A DNA stretch of 64,000 nt, taken from IMG/VR virus record IMGVR_UViG_3300021960_000043, positions 1 to 64,000 of that record; one strand, given 5' to 3'. The DNA is from a virus. Below are positions 7,937-17,536 of this stretch, piece by piece. Under the pieces are notes generated by a model. That model was not told the DNA's origin. It made no database searches and saw only the letters and a program-made list of their open reading frames with translations. The position numbers were made by a program, and so were the translations under genes. Numbering within the stretch: the stretch's first letter is position 1; every line of letters begins with the position of its first letter.

Positions 7937-8938
7937 ATGGTTTTAGATGTACCCGATAATATGTATCGTGCTGTAACAGGCACAAGAATACAACCAAATC
8001 AATCTTTAGCAGCCATAAATGAAGCCGCTATGGTGGCTTTGTCACAACAAGGAAATAATAACTTAAATTATGCTGCTTTAATGGAACAGGCTGTAGCACA
8101 ACAACAGATGCAAGCGTTAGCCCAAACTAAAAATCTTGAAGTGCCAAAAGTTAATTTTTACCCTAGCACACATCCTGATGGTAGAAAAGCAAGGAAACAA
8201 GACATAAAACAAGCCTATCGTTTACTTACGCCAGCAAAAAGATTTATGTTAAGCCCTGCTAGATTGTTTGGTAGAAAATATATTTACAATAAACAAACAA
8301 ATCTTTGTGTTGTTGATGGTTGTGATTGTGCTGAGTTAATAAAAAGTGATAATTTATATCAAAGAATTACTGATGATGAAACAGGTAGAAGTCTTTGGGA
8401 GATGTATTGGAACAATCCAATTACAGGGGAAGTTGAGGCTTTTTTAGCACAAGATAGAGTTACTAGTGGTAGAAGAATGAAAGGAACATACTGTCCTGAA
8501 CATTTACATCTTTATCATTTGTTATGTAAATGGGAATCAGAACAAGAAAGAGAAGATGAATTAAAACCATCTAGGTTTAGAGATAAAATGAAAAAAGGTG
8601 TTAGTTTAGTAACAGTTCCTGTTACAGCCTTAACAAACACATCACAACCCACTCATAGTTTAGTTGAAAAATATCAAGTCTTTTTTGAAGAAATACAAAA
8701 AGATTCTAACAAATCAAAAGGCATAAATATTTGGCATATACCAAATCCTGAAAGTGGAAACAATGATATTACTATGATACAGTTTGATATGAGAATGTTT
8801 CAAAAAGAAATACTTGAAGCCTCATTACCCACACCCGCTTTTTCTAACATGTTAAATCAAGCCAATATACCTAATATAAACCAACAGCCTCAAACCATGA
8901 CACCTGTTCCCCTTAATCAAGAGGTGGCACAACAATGA
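7937..8938 (+). CDS. Hypothetical protein with putative Zn-binding site
   Basis: CVVDGCDC ... CPEHLH; Gln-rich termini. Confidence 0.75.
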   Translation: MVLDVPDNMYRAVTGTRIQPNQSLAAINEAAMVALSQQGNNNLNYAALMEQAVAQQQMQALAQTKNLEVPKVNFYPSTHPDGRKARKQDIKQAYRLLTPAKRFMLSPARLFGRKYIYNKQTNLCVVDGCDCAELIKSDNLYQRITDDETGRSLWEMYWNNPITGEVEAFLAQDRVTSGRRMKGTYCPEHLHLYHLLCKWESEQEREDELKPSRFRDKMKKGVSLVTVPVTALTNTSQPTHSLVEKYQVFFEEIQKDSNKSKGINIWHIPNPESGNNDITMIQFDMRMFQKEILEASLPTPAFSNMLNQANIPNINQQPQTMTPVPLNQEVAQQ

Positions 8939-9552
8939 CATTAGGAATAGGTACAAACCAAACTCAAAATAACGGCTTTACAGGTTTGGGATTAGGTGCT
9001 GCAACACCATCAACTAATCCTTTTGGTGCTCAACAAAGTCAACAAATGAATCCCCTTATGGGCGGAATGTTGCAAGGTGCTGGTTTTAATCCCGCCCACG
9101 CTCAAGCACCTATAGCCCCTCCCTCAGATACACAGATACTTGCAGCGATGATGAATACAATACAACCTATTGATAGATTTTTCATTGGACAAAGTATGCC
9201 TATATTTGTAGAAATGATTTCTAATATTACAGCGTTTTCTTTGTTGAATGTGTTAAAAAACTCATCTTTCAAAATAGACGATGATGGGAATATGAAAATG
9301 GATGTATCTTCTTTACCTAGTGATTTACAAACTCTTTCTGCTGAAAACATAATAGCACAATTGAACACTTTACAAAATATTTCACAACAAGCGGTTACAT
9401 CTGCTTTACAAGAAAGAGATAGAATAATTGCTATCTCTGAACAAAGTCTATTACAATCTGCACTCACAGGTGCTTTAACAGACCAAACTTTCCTAGAAAA
9501 TGCGGGCAACGCTATGGGTACAACAGCCCGAAGTTTCTTTGGACTAAGGTGA
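8935..9552 (+). CDS. Hypothetical helical protein with Gly/Gln-rich N-terminus
   Basis: 205 aa; GAGGTGG RBS; ATGA overlap. Confidence 0.75.
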   Translation: MTLGIGTNQTQNNGFTGLGLGAATPSTNPFGAQQSQQMNPLMGGMLQGAGFNPAHAQAPIAPPSDTQILAAMMNTIQPIDRFFIGQSMPIFVEMISNITAFSLLNVLKNSSFKIDDDGNMKMDVSSLPSDLQTLSAENIIAQLNTLQNISQQAVTSALQERDRIIAISEQSLLQSALTGALTDQTFLENAGNAMGTTARSFFGLR

Positions 9553-9806
9553 TTAAAATGAAAATAACCCCGACAGAGTATATACCAAAAGAGTTTGCAG
9601 AAGTTTCTATGCACTTTTTCTCTCCAAAGAGAAGTGTGATTATAGATATGGTAATGGTACAATTAATTAGTGCTATGATTGTTGGATTACTAATTCTTTT
9701 ATTCAAAGGTGGGGAATTAAATGCATCTGAAACATCCATGTACATGATTGGGATTTTTGTATCTTTTATTCTTTTGACTACGGTTTATGCTAGAATAACT
9801 AGATAG
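9549..9806 (+). CDS. Small two-TM membrane protein (holin-like topology)
   Basis: Two hydrophobic helices in 85 aa; last gene of the operon. Confidence 0.7.
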   Translation: MIKMKITPTEYIPKEFAEVSMHFFSPKRSVIIDMVMVQLISAMIVGLLILLFKGGELNASETSMYMIGIFVSFILLTTVYARITR

Positions 9807-9838
9807 TATTATCAAATGTACGCCTCATCGACTATTAC

Positions 9839-10516
9839 ATGGGGGATGCCGTAACCAAACGCTCATGTTCTTTTTGTATGTCCTCTGAAAGAGAGGTATA
9901 CGAAGAAGCCTTGTTAAATGGAGACATGAATCCTAAACAAATAGATAAAGAAATGGGTTGGAGAACTAACACTTCTGAAAGACATTATAGAAACCATATG
10001 GGAGAGTTTCACCTAGCATCGAATCACACGTGTAAAATATGTACAGACCCAAAAAGAGCAGAATATGAATCTCGATATTTTGCTGATGGTACAGAATCTG
10101 AAGCCATAGCGGAAGAATTAGAAATACCGGAAAATAGTGTGTACCATCATATGAAGTTTCATTTTCAACCGTTGGTTCAAAAATCAGCAGCAACTGAGGT
10201 CGCAATTCAAGTCGGAACAGAAATGACAACTCTAAGAGAAAATGTCGAAAGATTAAATCAAAGACTTAACACTTATCTTGATGAAACTAGTGTACATGAA
10301 GATGGGTTTGTCAAAGATGCTGTAAGTTTACACAAAGAAGTTAGAGAATCTATTAAAGACTTAATGAAAATGCAAGACCAATGGGGTACTAAAAATGAAA
10401 CCCCACAAATTAATCAAACAATCAACGTGTTAAAAGTGGAACTATCTAAAGAATCACCTGAAACATGGAAGAGAATTAGAGAGTCTTTGTTGGAAAGTGG
10501 AGAGGATGCCACTTGA
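9839..10516 (+). CDS. Putative terminase small subunit or DNA-binding protein with duplicated CxxC-HTH-HxxxH units
   Basis: CSFC...HYRNH and CKIC...HMKFH repeats enclosing HTH-like helices, then a coiled coil; first gene of the operon leading to TerL. Confidence 0.55.
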   Translation: MGDAVTKRSCSFCMSSEREVYEEALLNGDMNPKQIDKEMGWRTNTSERHYRNHMGEFHLASNHTCKICTDPKRAEYESRYFADGTESEAIAEELEIPENSVYHHMKFHFQPLVQKSAATEVAIQVGTEMTTLRENVERLNQRLNTYLDETSVHEDGFVKDAVSLHKEVRESIKDLMKMQDQWGTKNETPQINQTINVLKVELSKESPETWKRIRESLLESGEDAT

Positions 10517-10920
10517 TTTCTATAGGAGATTTAATGCAAATAACACACCCCGGTCATAGACATTATAATTCTGATAATTCATTACACGATAGTGATTTAC
10601 CTTTATTTTTAGATTATTGTGTTAATGTTATAGAGAAGTTCAATTATCATCATTTTAATTCTTATAACAATAAATTAGAAAATGTAGATTGTATAATAAG
10701 AATAGTAGATTTAACTACACGATTACAACAAAGTGATGAACCAAAAGAAGTTTTTGATATTCGTGCTGAATTGAGAAAAGAATTATCTAATTTTGAATAT
10801 CTTTGTGATACGATGGCTAGGTGTTTTGTAAGTCCTAATTTTGTCATAGAGTTCTATCATAGGCTTTCTAATAAACTCAACAATGAAATAAAAGTATATG
10901 CGGGGTTAGACTATGACTGA
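10513..10920 (+). CDS. Hypothetical protein
   Basis: 135 aa, TTG start with GAGG RBS, overlapping both neighbours. Confidence 0.65.
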   Translation: MISIGDLMQITHPGHRHYNSDNSLHDSDLPLFLDYCVNVIEKFNYHHFNSYNNKLENVDCIIRIVDLTTRLQQSDEPKEVFDIRAELRKELSNFEYLCDTMARCFVSPNFVIEFYHRLSNKLNNEIKVYAGLDYD

Positions 10921-12925
10921 CCGTAGGGTGTACATTTCCAAGTCGGGAATGACAGGTACGGGTACAGACACAAGAATGTATTCACCACGTTCAGAATCTT
11001 CCCATATGTACCGAAATAACCACGAAGAGGACACTTATGGTATGGAGGATGGAAAAGTTCGTGATGATAAATATGAAAGAAAACTCCAAGAAAAAGAAAA
11101 AACAAAAGAGAAGAGAAATAAAATAAAACATATTCGTATAAAACCTAGTGATTTACCTGAAGAAGAAGATGAAGAAAGAGATGATTCAGAAAAAATAGAT
11201 GTAGATAGAGAACTTTCTGCACAAACAGGCCCACCGGGTAATTTAGGTTTTGAGACTAGTCTTGCTATGGGTGCAAAAGGGCCGGGTGCAGCCGCTGGTA
11301 ATTTATTTGCTATGGGAGAAAGCATGGATATTATTCAATTACTTAAAATGGGTAAATATGGTAGAAGAGGTGTTGGTAGTGATAGAAGTTTTGTGCCTAC
11401 AACTAGACAGAAGGATGTTGCTGTAACAAAAAGAAAAACACCTAAAGAGTTGCTAATGCAAGCACTTACAGGCACACTTGGTTTAGAACCTAGTTTGACT
11501 CAAGCACAAAAAAGAGATTTAGTGGCTGTTAGACGAGCGTTAGATAAACACGGAAACAGTCTTAATATTCCTAAAACAACCATGATTAGAGATTTAAGTA
11601 ATTATATGCCTATTTCTCAAACTACAAAAGATAAACGTGGTGAAAAAGGAGATAGAAGATATACTTCTGTTGTACCCGGTCAAAAAGGTATGAATATCAG
11701 TACAGGTCAACCTACATTTAGAAATCTTACATCTAGACAAAGAGATATTACAGGTTTAGAAGGTATGGATTTAGTGCAAGCATTAGACCATGAAAATTAT
11801 ATGGATGCTTTATCTAATATGTCAAGATACACACAAGCACAAAACTTACCTGAAAGTGAACCTGAAAGTGAACCTGAAAGTGAACCTAAGAAAAAAACAG
11901 GCATTTTACCAAAAATGAGTTCTGAGTATGAAAGAAGGATGAATGAATACTTTAATGCTAATTCAGGCTCAGATAGCAACATATCTACAGGTGAACCTAT
12001 GGGAGATGCTTGGTCTACTTTAATGAAAGCAACAGAAAAAGAAATGGAAAAAAGAAGAGCCAAAGAACAAAACAAGAAATGGCGACCATCAACAGGTCAG
12101 TTTGACACACCACCGGGTGGTAGTCTAGGGCCAAAAGGTTCTACAGGAAGAAGAGATAAGGCTTTACGTTCATCTATTAAACAAGGTAAAAAAACAGGTT
12201 TAGAGTTAGCACATGTGGCTGTGGAGAGAAGCCATAGAGGTAGAAAAGTCAAACAACCGCTTTCAAAAGACCCGCAAAAGTATAGGGAATATCAAGGTAC
12301 AATGGAAGCGAGGAAAAGAGTAGGTAATGTTAGAGTACCAACCGCATCACAAAGAAGATTCGGACAACGTAAATATTTCGCAGGGCCAACGGGCGGTGGT
12401 AGATTACCTGCGGGAGTTGGGGTGAAAAGACCAAGAATCCATTCACCGAGAATGTCATCAGCCCCCTCAGTACCTCATCTGAATAGAAGAAGCACTCCAT
12501 CTGCTGGTTTATCGGTTGGAAAAATGGGGCTTAGAAGAATGGGCGCACCACCTGTTGCTGTGTCAGCACCACCTGTACCACCACCACCACCACCACCACA
12601 ACCACCTATTCAAGACCCATCACAAATACAAATGAGTTCTGATTTAGTGGCGGTTAGTAATCTGTTAAAAGCAGGGCCAACTCATGCAGACATAGTTGAA
12701 TTGAGAAGTTTAGTAAGACAAATGAAAAGGGCTTTGAAAACTAAAGACACGACATCGAAGGGTATGGGTACAAAAGATACTAGTGGGGCAGGTGAAGATA
12801 AACCGAAATATAATTCTGCTAGTTTTAGAACTACATCAAGACCTGAGGGGGCAACTGAAGATGCTACAAATGATTCTCAGGCTTTTGGTGTTCATCCTGA
12901 AAATCGTGGAGGCCCAACTCCATGA
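10913..12925 (+). CDS. Low-complexity modular protein with three internal helix-LK tags (putative internal head protein)
   Basis: MGESMDIIQLLKMG, STGEPMGDAWSTLMKA and MSSDLVAVSNLLKAG separate acidic, basic and Pro-rich blocks; (ESEP)3 repeat at about 11849-11886. Confidence 0.7.
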   Translation: MTDRRVYISKSGMTGTGTDTRMYSPRSESSHMYRNNHEEDTYGMEDGKVRDDKYERKLQEKEKTKEKRNKIKHIRIKPSDLPEEEDEERDDSEKIDVDRELSAQTGPPGNLGFETSLAMGAKGPGAAAGNLFAMGESMDIIQLLKMGKYGRRGVGSDRSFVPTTRQKDVAVTKRKTPKELLMQALTGTLGLEPSLTQAQKRDLVAVRRALDKHGNSLNIPKTTMIRDLSNYMPISQTTKDKRGEKGDRRYTSVVPGQKGMNISTGQPTFRNLTSRQRDITGLEGMDLVQALDHENYMDALSNMSRYTQAQNLPESEPESEPESEPKKKTGILPKMSSEYERRMNEYFNANSGSDSNISTGEPMGDAWSTLMKATEKEMEKRRAKEQNKKWRPSTGQFDTPPGGSLGPKGSTGRRDKALRSSIKQGKKTGLELAHVAVERSHRGRKVKQPLSKDPQKYREYQGTMEARKRVGNVRVPTASQRRFGQRKYFAGPTGGGRLPAGVGVKRPRIHSPRMSSAPSVPHLNRRSTPSAGLSVGKMGLRRMGAPPVAVSAPPVPPPPPPPQPPIQDPSQIQMSSDLVAVSNLLKAGPTHADIVELRSLVRQMKRALKTKDTTSKGMGTKDTSGAGEDKPKYNSASFRTTSRPEGATEDATNDSQAFGVHPENRGGPTP

Positions 12926-15216
12926 ATTACATAATGTTACATTCAACAAACCTAAAGAAAAGCGATGGGAATGTAATTGCATGGGATGGACAATACCACG
13001 CACAAAGACATCCTCCTATAGAATCGTTTCAATCTCCTGACCCTAAGTTTCCTGAATTACATGCACCTCCTTTTGCTCATACAGGTGGACATGGAGAGAA
13101 AGACACAGGAATGCCGGGTGTTGGTAATCTAATCAAAGGTGGATTTGATTTAGAAAAAACAGATAGTGGAAAAGTAATACCTGTGTGGAAAGATGATTTT
13201 GGTGGAACACATTATCATGGTATAGACGGGGTTGCACATCATTATGGTAATTTACTTAGAAAAGCAGGTGTGGGTGGGTGTCCTATAGATGATATAGATG
13301 AAGCGATAAAACGCACAAACGCTGAACACGCAAATGTAGAAAACCATTTACCTAATTTTTATGACCCTGCATGGAGAAAAATTGCACTTAGTGATTATCA
13401 AGGTAATAATGAAGAAGGCTCAAGACAACATTACATAGAACACGGTGGAGGAAAAAAATTAGTAACGGGGTACACAAATTACCACAAGCAAAGAAGTCCT
13501 TTTGGGACATTCATTGATTCTTTATCTGTACCTTTTCAAAAACATTTGAGAAATATTGCAATAGAAAAAGGAATAGACCCACAAAGAATTGGTGGTAAAT
13601 TAACACATTTTCTAAAATATCCACACATTAAAAGAAATCTACTTTCTTACGCCGTTCATCCGAAAGAAGGCCATAATGTGCTTAGTGGAAATGTGTTCCC
13701 ATCCGGGCATTTTCAAGGAGGGAAAGGACACGCTGCTAATGAAGAAATGGTTACAGGTTTAACTAATTTAGGTCATAGTGTAGATAGAAGTATAGAAGGG
13801 TTAAGTGCTCATTCAGGTGCAGCGCATAAACTACCGGATGACTTTTATAAATTAAAAACTAGAAAAGGTGGAAGCACAGATGGTGGGGCTTATTCTGTTG
13901 TAATGAATGAACTTTTAGATACTTTTGACCCTACCCGTATTGGGGATGCTTTAGCCACAGGAAGAATAAAACAATCATTAAGCCCTATAAAACACCCTGC
14001 TTTAATGAATACGATGTTTAAGGGAAGAAGGCTTGCTGAGTGGGTACTAGACCCGAATATGAGACAACAATTACTAAGTGAATTACAAGGTACTTCTGCT
14101 TTTAACAAATTAAATGGTAGTACGAAAAAACATTCTGCTCATCAAAAACTTATGAATGCTTATACTGAACTTCACACAGGTGTACCCACCGAAGAAGAAT
14201 TAGAAAACACAATGGATTTTGATAGTTATAGAAGTACAATTGGAACTATGAATGGGAGAAAAGGCACTCATCATACTGCTGGAAACATTTATGCTTTGGC
14301 TATGTTAGCAGGTAAAAATGAAGAAGTAGGAAACATGGTTGGAAACACTAGACTTAGAAGTTCAGAATTAACTCCTGAGTTAGCAGCAAAACATGGGATA
14401 AGTTTGTTACAAGAAGCACCTGAAATCACAGCAGAAAGAAGAAGAGTGATTGAAGCGTTGCATGATTATCTAGGTGAAGCACAAGGGCATAATGTTAGAG
14501 TTCCTTTACCTGAGGTTCTACCAACACAAGCAACATCAACACATTCAGTAACAGGTGGTAGGTATCAAGGTGGTACATTGGCTGATTATATTCCTTATCA
14601 AGCCACATATAATTCACCAGCATTAGGTGATGCTGAAAGTCGAACAATGGGAAATACAATTCAAACTAATAAAAATCCAATATTAGAACAACAAGCGGTG
14701 ATGCAACCTCAACCACCGCAGACACAACAACCTCAAGGCCCGATACCTTTACCTCCGGGTGCAGCAGCAACAAGGATGGCGGCTGCTGGAATGAGTGATG
14801 AGCAATTACAACGTATTGCTGCGGCAGGTGGAGAAAGAGTTTCGACTCCTGAAAATATCGCTAGATATAGGCAAACTTTTTCAGACCCGCAGCAGACTTT
14901 TTTAAGTCAGTTCACTAAGGGGGGTAATAACATGACTAGTGCTCAGGACAGAATTGTTAAAGCATTAGAAGATGTACAGATGAAGGATGCATTAAGTGAT
15001 GATAGTGTTTTGAAGCATTTAACAAACTCAAAATTATCAATAGAGTCTAGTGAAGATATTGCTATTATTTCTAAAAAATTAGGTTTAGCACCTCAAGATG
15101 TTAGATTGATTCACAACGCTAAAGGTGATTGGATGAGACTAACAAAATCTTTTGGATATACAGAAACAACAATCAAGGTAGTTAAGGCATCATTTAGGAG
15201 TGGTTTGAATGAGTAA
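12922..15216 (+). CDS. His/Gly-rich hypothetical protein (putative virion internal protein)
   Basis: 764-aa ORF in the packaging operon; C-terminal module preceded by an RBS-like AGGGGGGT and an in-frame ATG at 14932. Confidence 0.7.
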   Translation: MNYIMLHSTNLKKSDGNVIAWDGQYHAQRHPPIESFQSPDPKFPELHAPPFAHTGGHGEKDTGMPGVGNLIKGGFDLEKTDSGKVIPVWKDDFGGTHYHGIDGVAHHYGNLLRKAGVGGCPIDDIDEAIKRTNAEHANVENHLPNFYDPAWRKIALSDYQGNNEEGSRQHYIEHGGGKKLVTGYTNYHKQRSPFGTFIDSLSVPFQKHLRNIAIEKGIDPQRIGGKLTHFLKYPHIKRNLLSYAVHPKEGHNVLSGNVFPSGHFQGGKGHAANEEMVTGLTNLGHSVDRSIEGLSAHSGAAHKLPDDFYKLKTRKGGSTDGGAYSVVMNELLDTFDPTRIGDALATGRIKQSLSPIKHPALMNTMFKGRRLAEWVLDPNMRQQLLSELQGTSAFNKLNGSTKKHSAHQKLMNAYTELHTGVPTEEELENTMDFDSYRSTIGTMNGRKGTHHTAGNIYALAMLAGKNEEVGNMVGNTRLRSSELTPELAAKHGISLLQEAPEITAERRRVIEALHDYLGEAQGHNVRVPLPEVLPTQATSTHSVTGGRYQGGTLADYIPYQATYNSPALGDAESRTMGNTIQTNKNPILEQQAVMQPQPPQTQQPQGPIPLPPGAAATRMAAAGMSDEQLQRIAAAGGERVSTPENIARYRQTFSDPQQTFLSQFTKGGNNMTSAQDRIVKALEDVQMKDALSDDSVLKHLTNSKLSIESSEDIAIISKKLGLAPQDVRLIHNAKGDWMRLTKSFGYTETTIKVVKASFRSGLNE

Positions 15217-15997
15217 GGTGCTTGTAATTAGAAAACAAGATGCGGGGGCTGTTCAAACTGCCGTTACTTCTCAAGGTATAGCACCACAAATTAATTTATC
15301 AGGTGGAAGCAACATACCAATCTCTTCTTACTTTAGACCTTTTGACCCAAATCTAGGATATACAGGACAAAGACCTGATGTGCAAAATATGGGTACAGCC
15401 GATGAGCCAATGTATAATTTCGCAGGTCAAAACTATGCTGATAAAAATCAAGCACAAGCAGCATACGACCAAGCACCTGCTTACAACTTGACAACTGCTG
15501 GAAAGGTTGCTGGTGCTGCTACAACTGCTTTACCCGCAGCATGGTCTTTTTTGAGTGCGCTATCAGATGATTCTCAAGGAGATGTATTTTCGGCTGCTGG
15601 TAGAGGGGCTTTAGGAGCGCAAGCAACAAGAGCCACTTTGGGTGGTGCTGAAAGAGCAGCAGCAAATCTTGGAAATACCGTTAGTGGAAAGTTTGCTGAT
15701 TTTATGGACTCTACTGCTGGTAGCACATCAGGTAATGTTCATCAAAATAACTTTGAAGCAGAAACAGGAAAAAATGCTGACAGTGGTATGCACCTTTATA
15801 ATGATAGACAATCAATTAATGACCCTGTTAATGCTCAGTTAACAGAAGCGAATAAAGTGATAGCAGAAAAACCAAGTGTTGTTCCCGGTCAAAAAGCACA
15901 AGACGCAGCATCAAAAACTGTGGATGATGTTACAAAACCTCAAGAAGATTTACAAAGGCGAGTAGTAAAATCTGTAAGACATTGGAGATATTACTAA
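15209..15997 (+). CDS. Ala/Gly-rich protein (possible ejection or pilot protein)
   Basis: 262 aa with amphipathic Ala/Gly segments; immediately upstream of TerL. Confidence 0.65.
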   Translation: MSKVLVIRKQDAGAVQTAVTSQGIAPQINLSGGSNIPISSYFRPFDPNLGYTGQRPDVQNMGTADEPMYNFAGQNYADKNQAQAAYDQAPAYNLTTAGKVAGAATTALPAAWSFLSALSDDSQGDVFSAAGRGALGAQATRATLGGAERAAANLGNTVSGKFADFMDSTAGSTSGNVHQNNFEAETGKNADSGMHLYNDRQSINDPVNAQLTEANKVIAEKPSVVPGQKAQDAASKTVDDVTKPQEDLQRRVVKSVRHWRYY

Positions 15998-17481
15998 TGG
16001 TAAAAGATGTTGAAGCCTTTATTCTAGAAATGGACAGGGAGATGTCTAAGAAATCTTTTCGATATTTTTTTGTAGATATTATGGGGATGCTTTACAGCGG
16101 GCATCATGAAACTTGGGATAAAGGTTTAGAAGAAAACCAATACTACTGTGTTAAAGCATCTCGCGACCACGGTAAATCTGTATTTTTTATGTCATATGCT
16201 TTATGGATAGCGGCATTTAATCCCGGCACTCATATAATGATTTTTTCTCACTCTATGGAACAGACTCTTGAACATATGAGATTTATTAGAAGTAATATAG
16301 ATACTGTTGAGATACTTCGTGATTTGAAACCAACATCAGGAAAACCGTGGGCTAAATCATATTTTGAGTTGACTAATGGTTCTCGTATCATGGCAAAGTC
16401 GGTTGGTGGTGCTACTAGAGGTTTCCACCCCGATGTGGTTGTTTGTGATGATATTCTATGGGGTACTACAGGAACTGAATTACAAAGAGCAGCCGATTGG
16501 TTTTATGGTGTTTTACTTCCTGTTCTTCACCACAGTTCTAGGTTGATGATGGTCGGTACACCATTCAGTTACAATGACTTATATGCTGAGTTAGAACAAA
16601 AAGAGACATTTTTGGTTGAAACTTTCCCTGCTATAAATATGAAAGGAGAGGCTCTTTGGCCTGAGAGATGGGATTTAGAATCTTTGGAACAAAGACGTTT
16701 ATCTATGCCAGCGATACAATTTAGCCGTGAGTATCTATGTGAACCGATTCACGATGTAGCGAGTATGTTTCCTATGGATATTTTAGAAACCGCTAGAGAC
16801 AAAGATTTGGTTTTGTTAGATAGGGCTGATACTAATTTTAATGAAGAAGGGCAACCTGATGGTATTTGGGGTCAACATTTCATAGGACATGACCCTGCTA
16901 TATCTTCTGATAAAAATGCTGATTTTACCGCTATGACTGTGATGAGAATGTTACCAAATGAAGATGTAAAACAGATTGTACACGTTGTGCATGAAAGGGG
17001 AATGTCGTCATTAGCACAAAAAAGAATGATGGTTATTCTAAATAATAAGTTTCAACCTGATTTAATAGAATTAGAAGGCAACAATTTTCAAAGAATGTTA
17101 GAAGCAGAAATGAGAGAAATGGCAGCGGATATGCCAATAAAAGTCTTTATGACAACAAGAACAAAAAAGGAATCACTTTTCATGTCTTTATTACTCGCAT
17201 TTGAACAAGGCCATATCAAGTTACCTTATGGTAATGAGAGAAGCCGTGAGTATACACATAAGGTGGAACAAGAATTGAATCGTTTTGGTATGCAAAAGAA
17301 TGGTAGACTAGAGAGTGTTGGTGTAAACGATGACTTGGCGATGAGTCTAGCACTTGCTAATTGGGCGACTAAAGAGTTCAAAGGTAAAGTGGTATTACTT
17401 GATGATGTCATGGAAAACTTTGAAAATTGGTTTGACGGGAATCAAAACAATAGAGGGAACGGGGGTTGGATGATACCATGA
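15997..17481 (+). CDS. terL: Terminase large subunit
   Basis: Walker A ASRDHGKS, Walker B VVVCDD, motif VGTP, LWPERW, RNase H-like nuclease IGHDPA...DDLAMS; likely start is the ATG at 15997 (TAATG). Confidence 0.95.
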   Translation: MVKDVEAFILEMDREMSKKSFRYFFVDIMGMLYSGHHETWDKGLEENQYYCVKASRDHGKSVFFMSYALWIAAFNPGTHIMIFSHSMEQTLEHMRFIRSNIDTVEILRDLKPTSGKPWAKSYFELTNGSRIMAKSVGGATRGFHPDVVVCDDILWGTTGTELQRAADWFYGVLLPVLHHSSRLMMVGTPFSYNDLYAELEQKETFLVETFPAINMKGEALWPERWDLESLEQRRLSMPAIQFSREYLCEPIHDVASMFPMDILETARDKDLVLLDRADTNFNEEGQPDGIWGQHFIGHDPAISSDKNADFTAMTVMRMLPNEDVKQIVHVVHERGMSSLAQKRMMVILNNKFQPDLIELEGNNFQRMLEAEMREMAADMPIKVFMTTRTKKESLFMSLLLAFEQGHIKLPYGNERSREYTHKVEQELNRFGMQKNGRLESVGVNDDLAMSLALANWATKEFKGKVVLLDDVMENFENWFDGNQNNRGNGGWMIP

Positions 17482-17536
17482 ATTATAAGAATAATACAAC
17501 AATAATAGTAGATGATAATAATAGTTTTACTTTAAT

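Noticed and set aside
7758-8938. MazE/AbrB toxin-antitoxin pair
   Set aside because: The downstream 333-aa protein shows no PIN, MazF, RelE or Fic motifs; the small gene is more likely an operon regulator.
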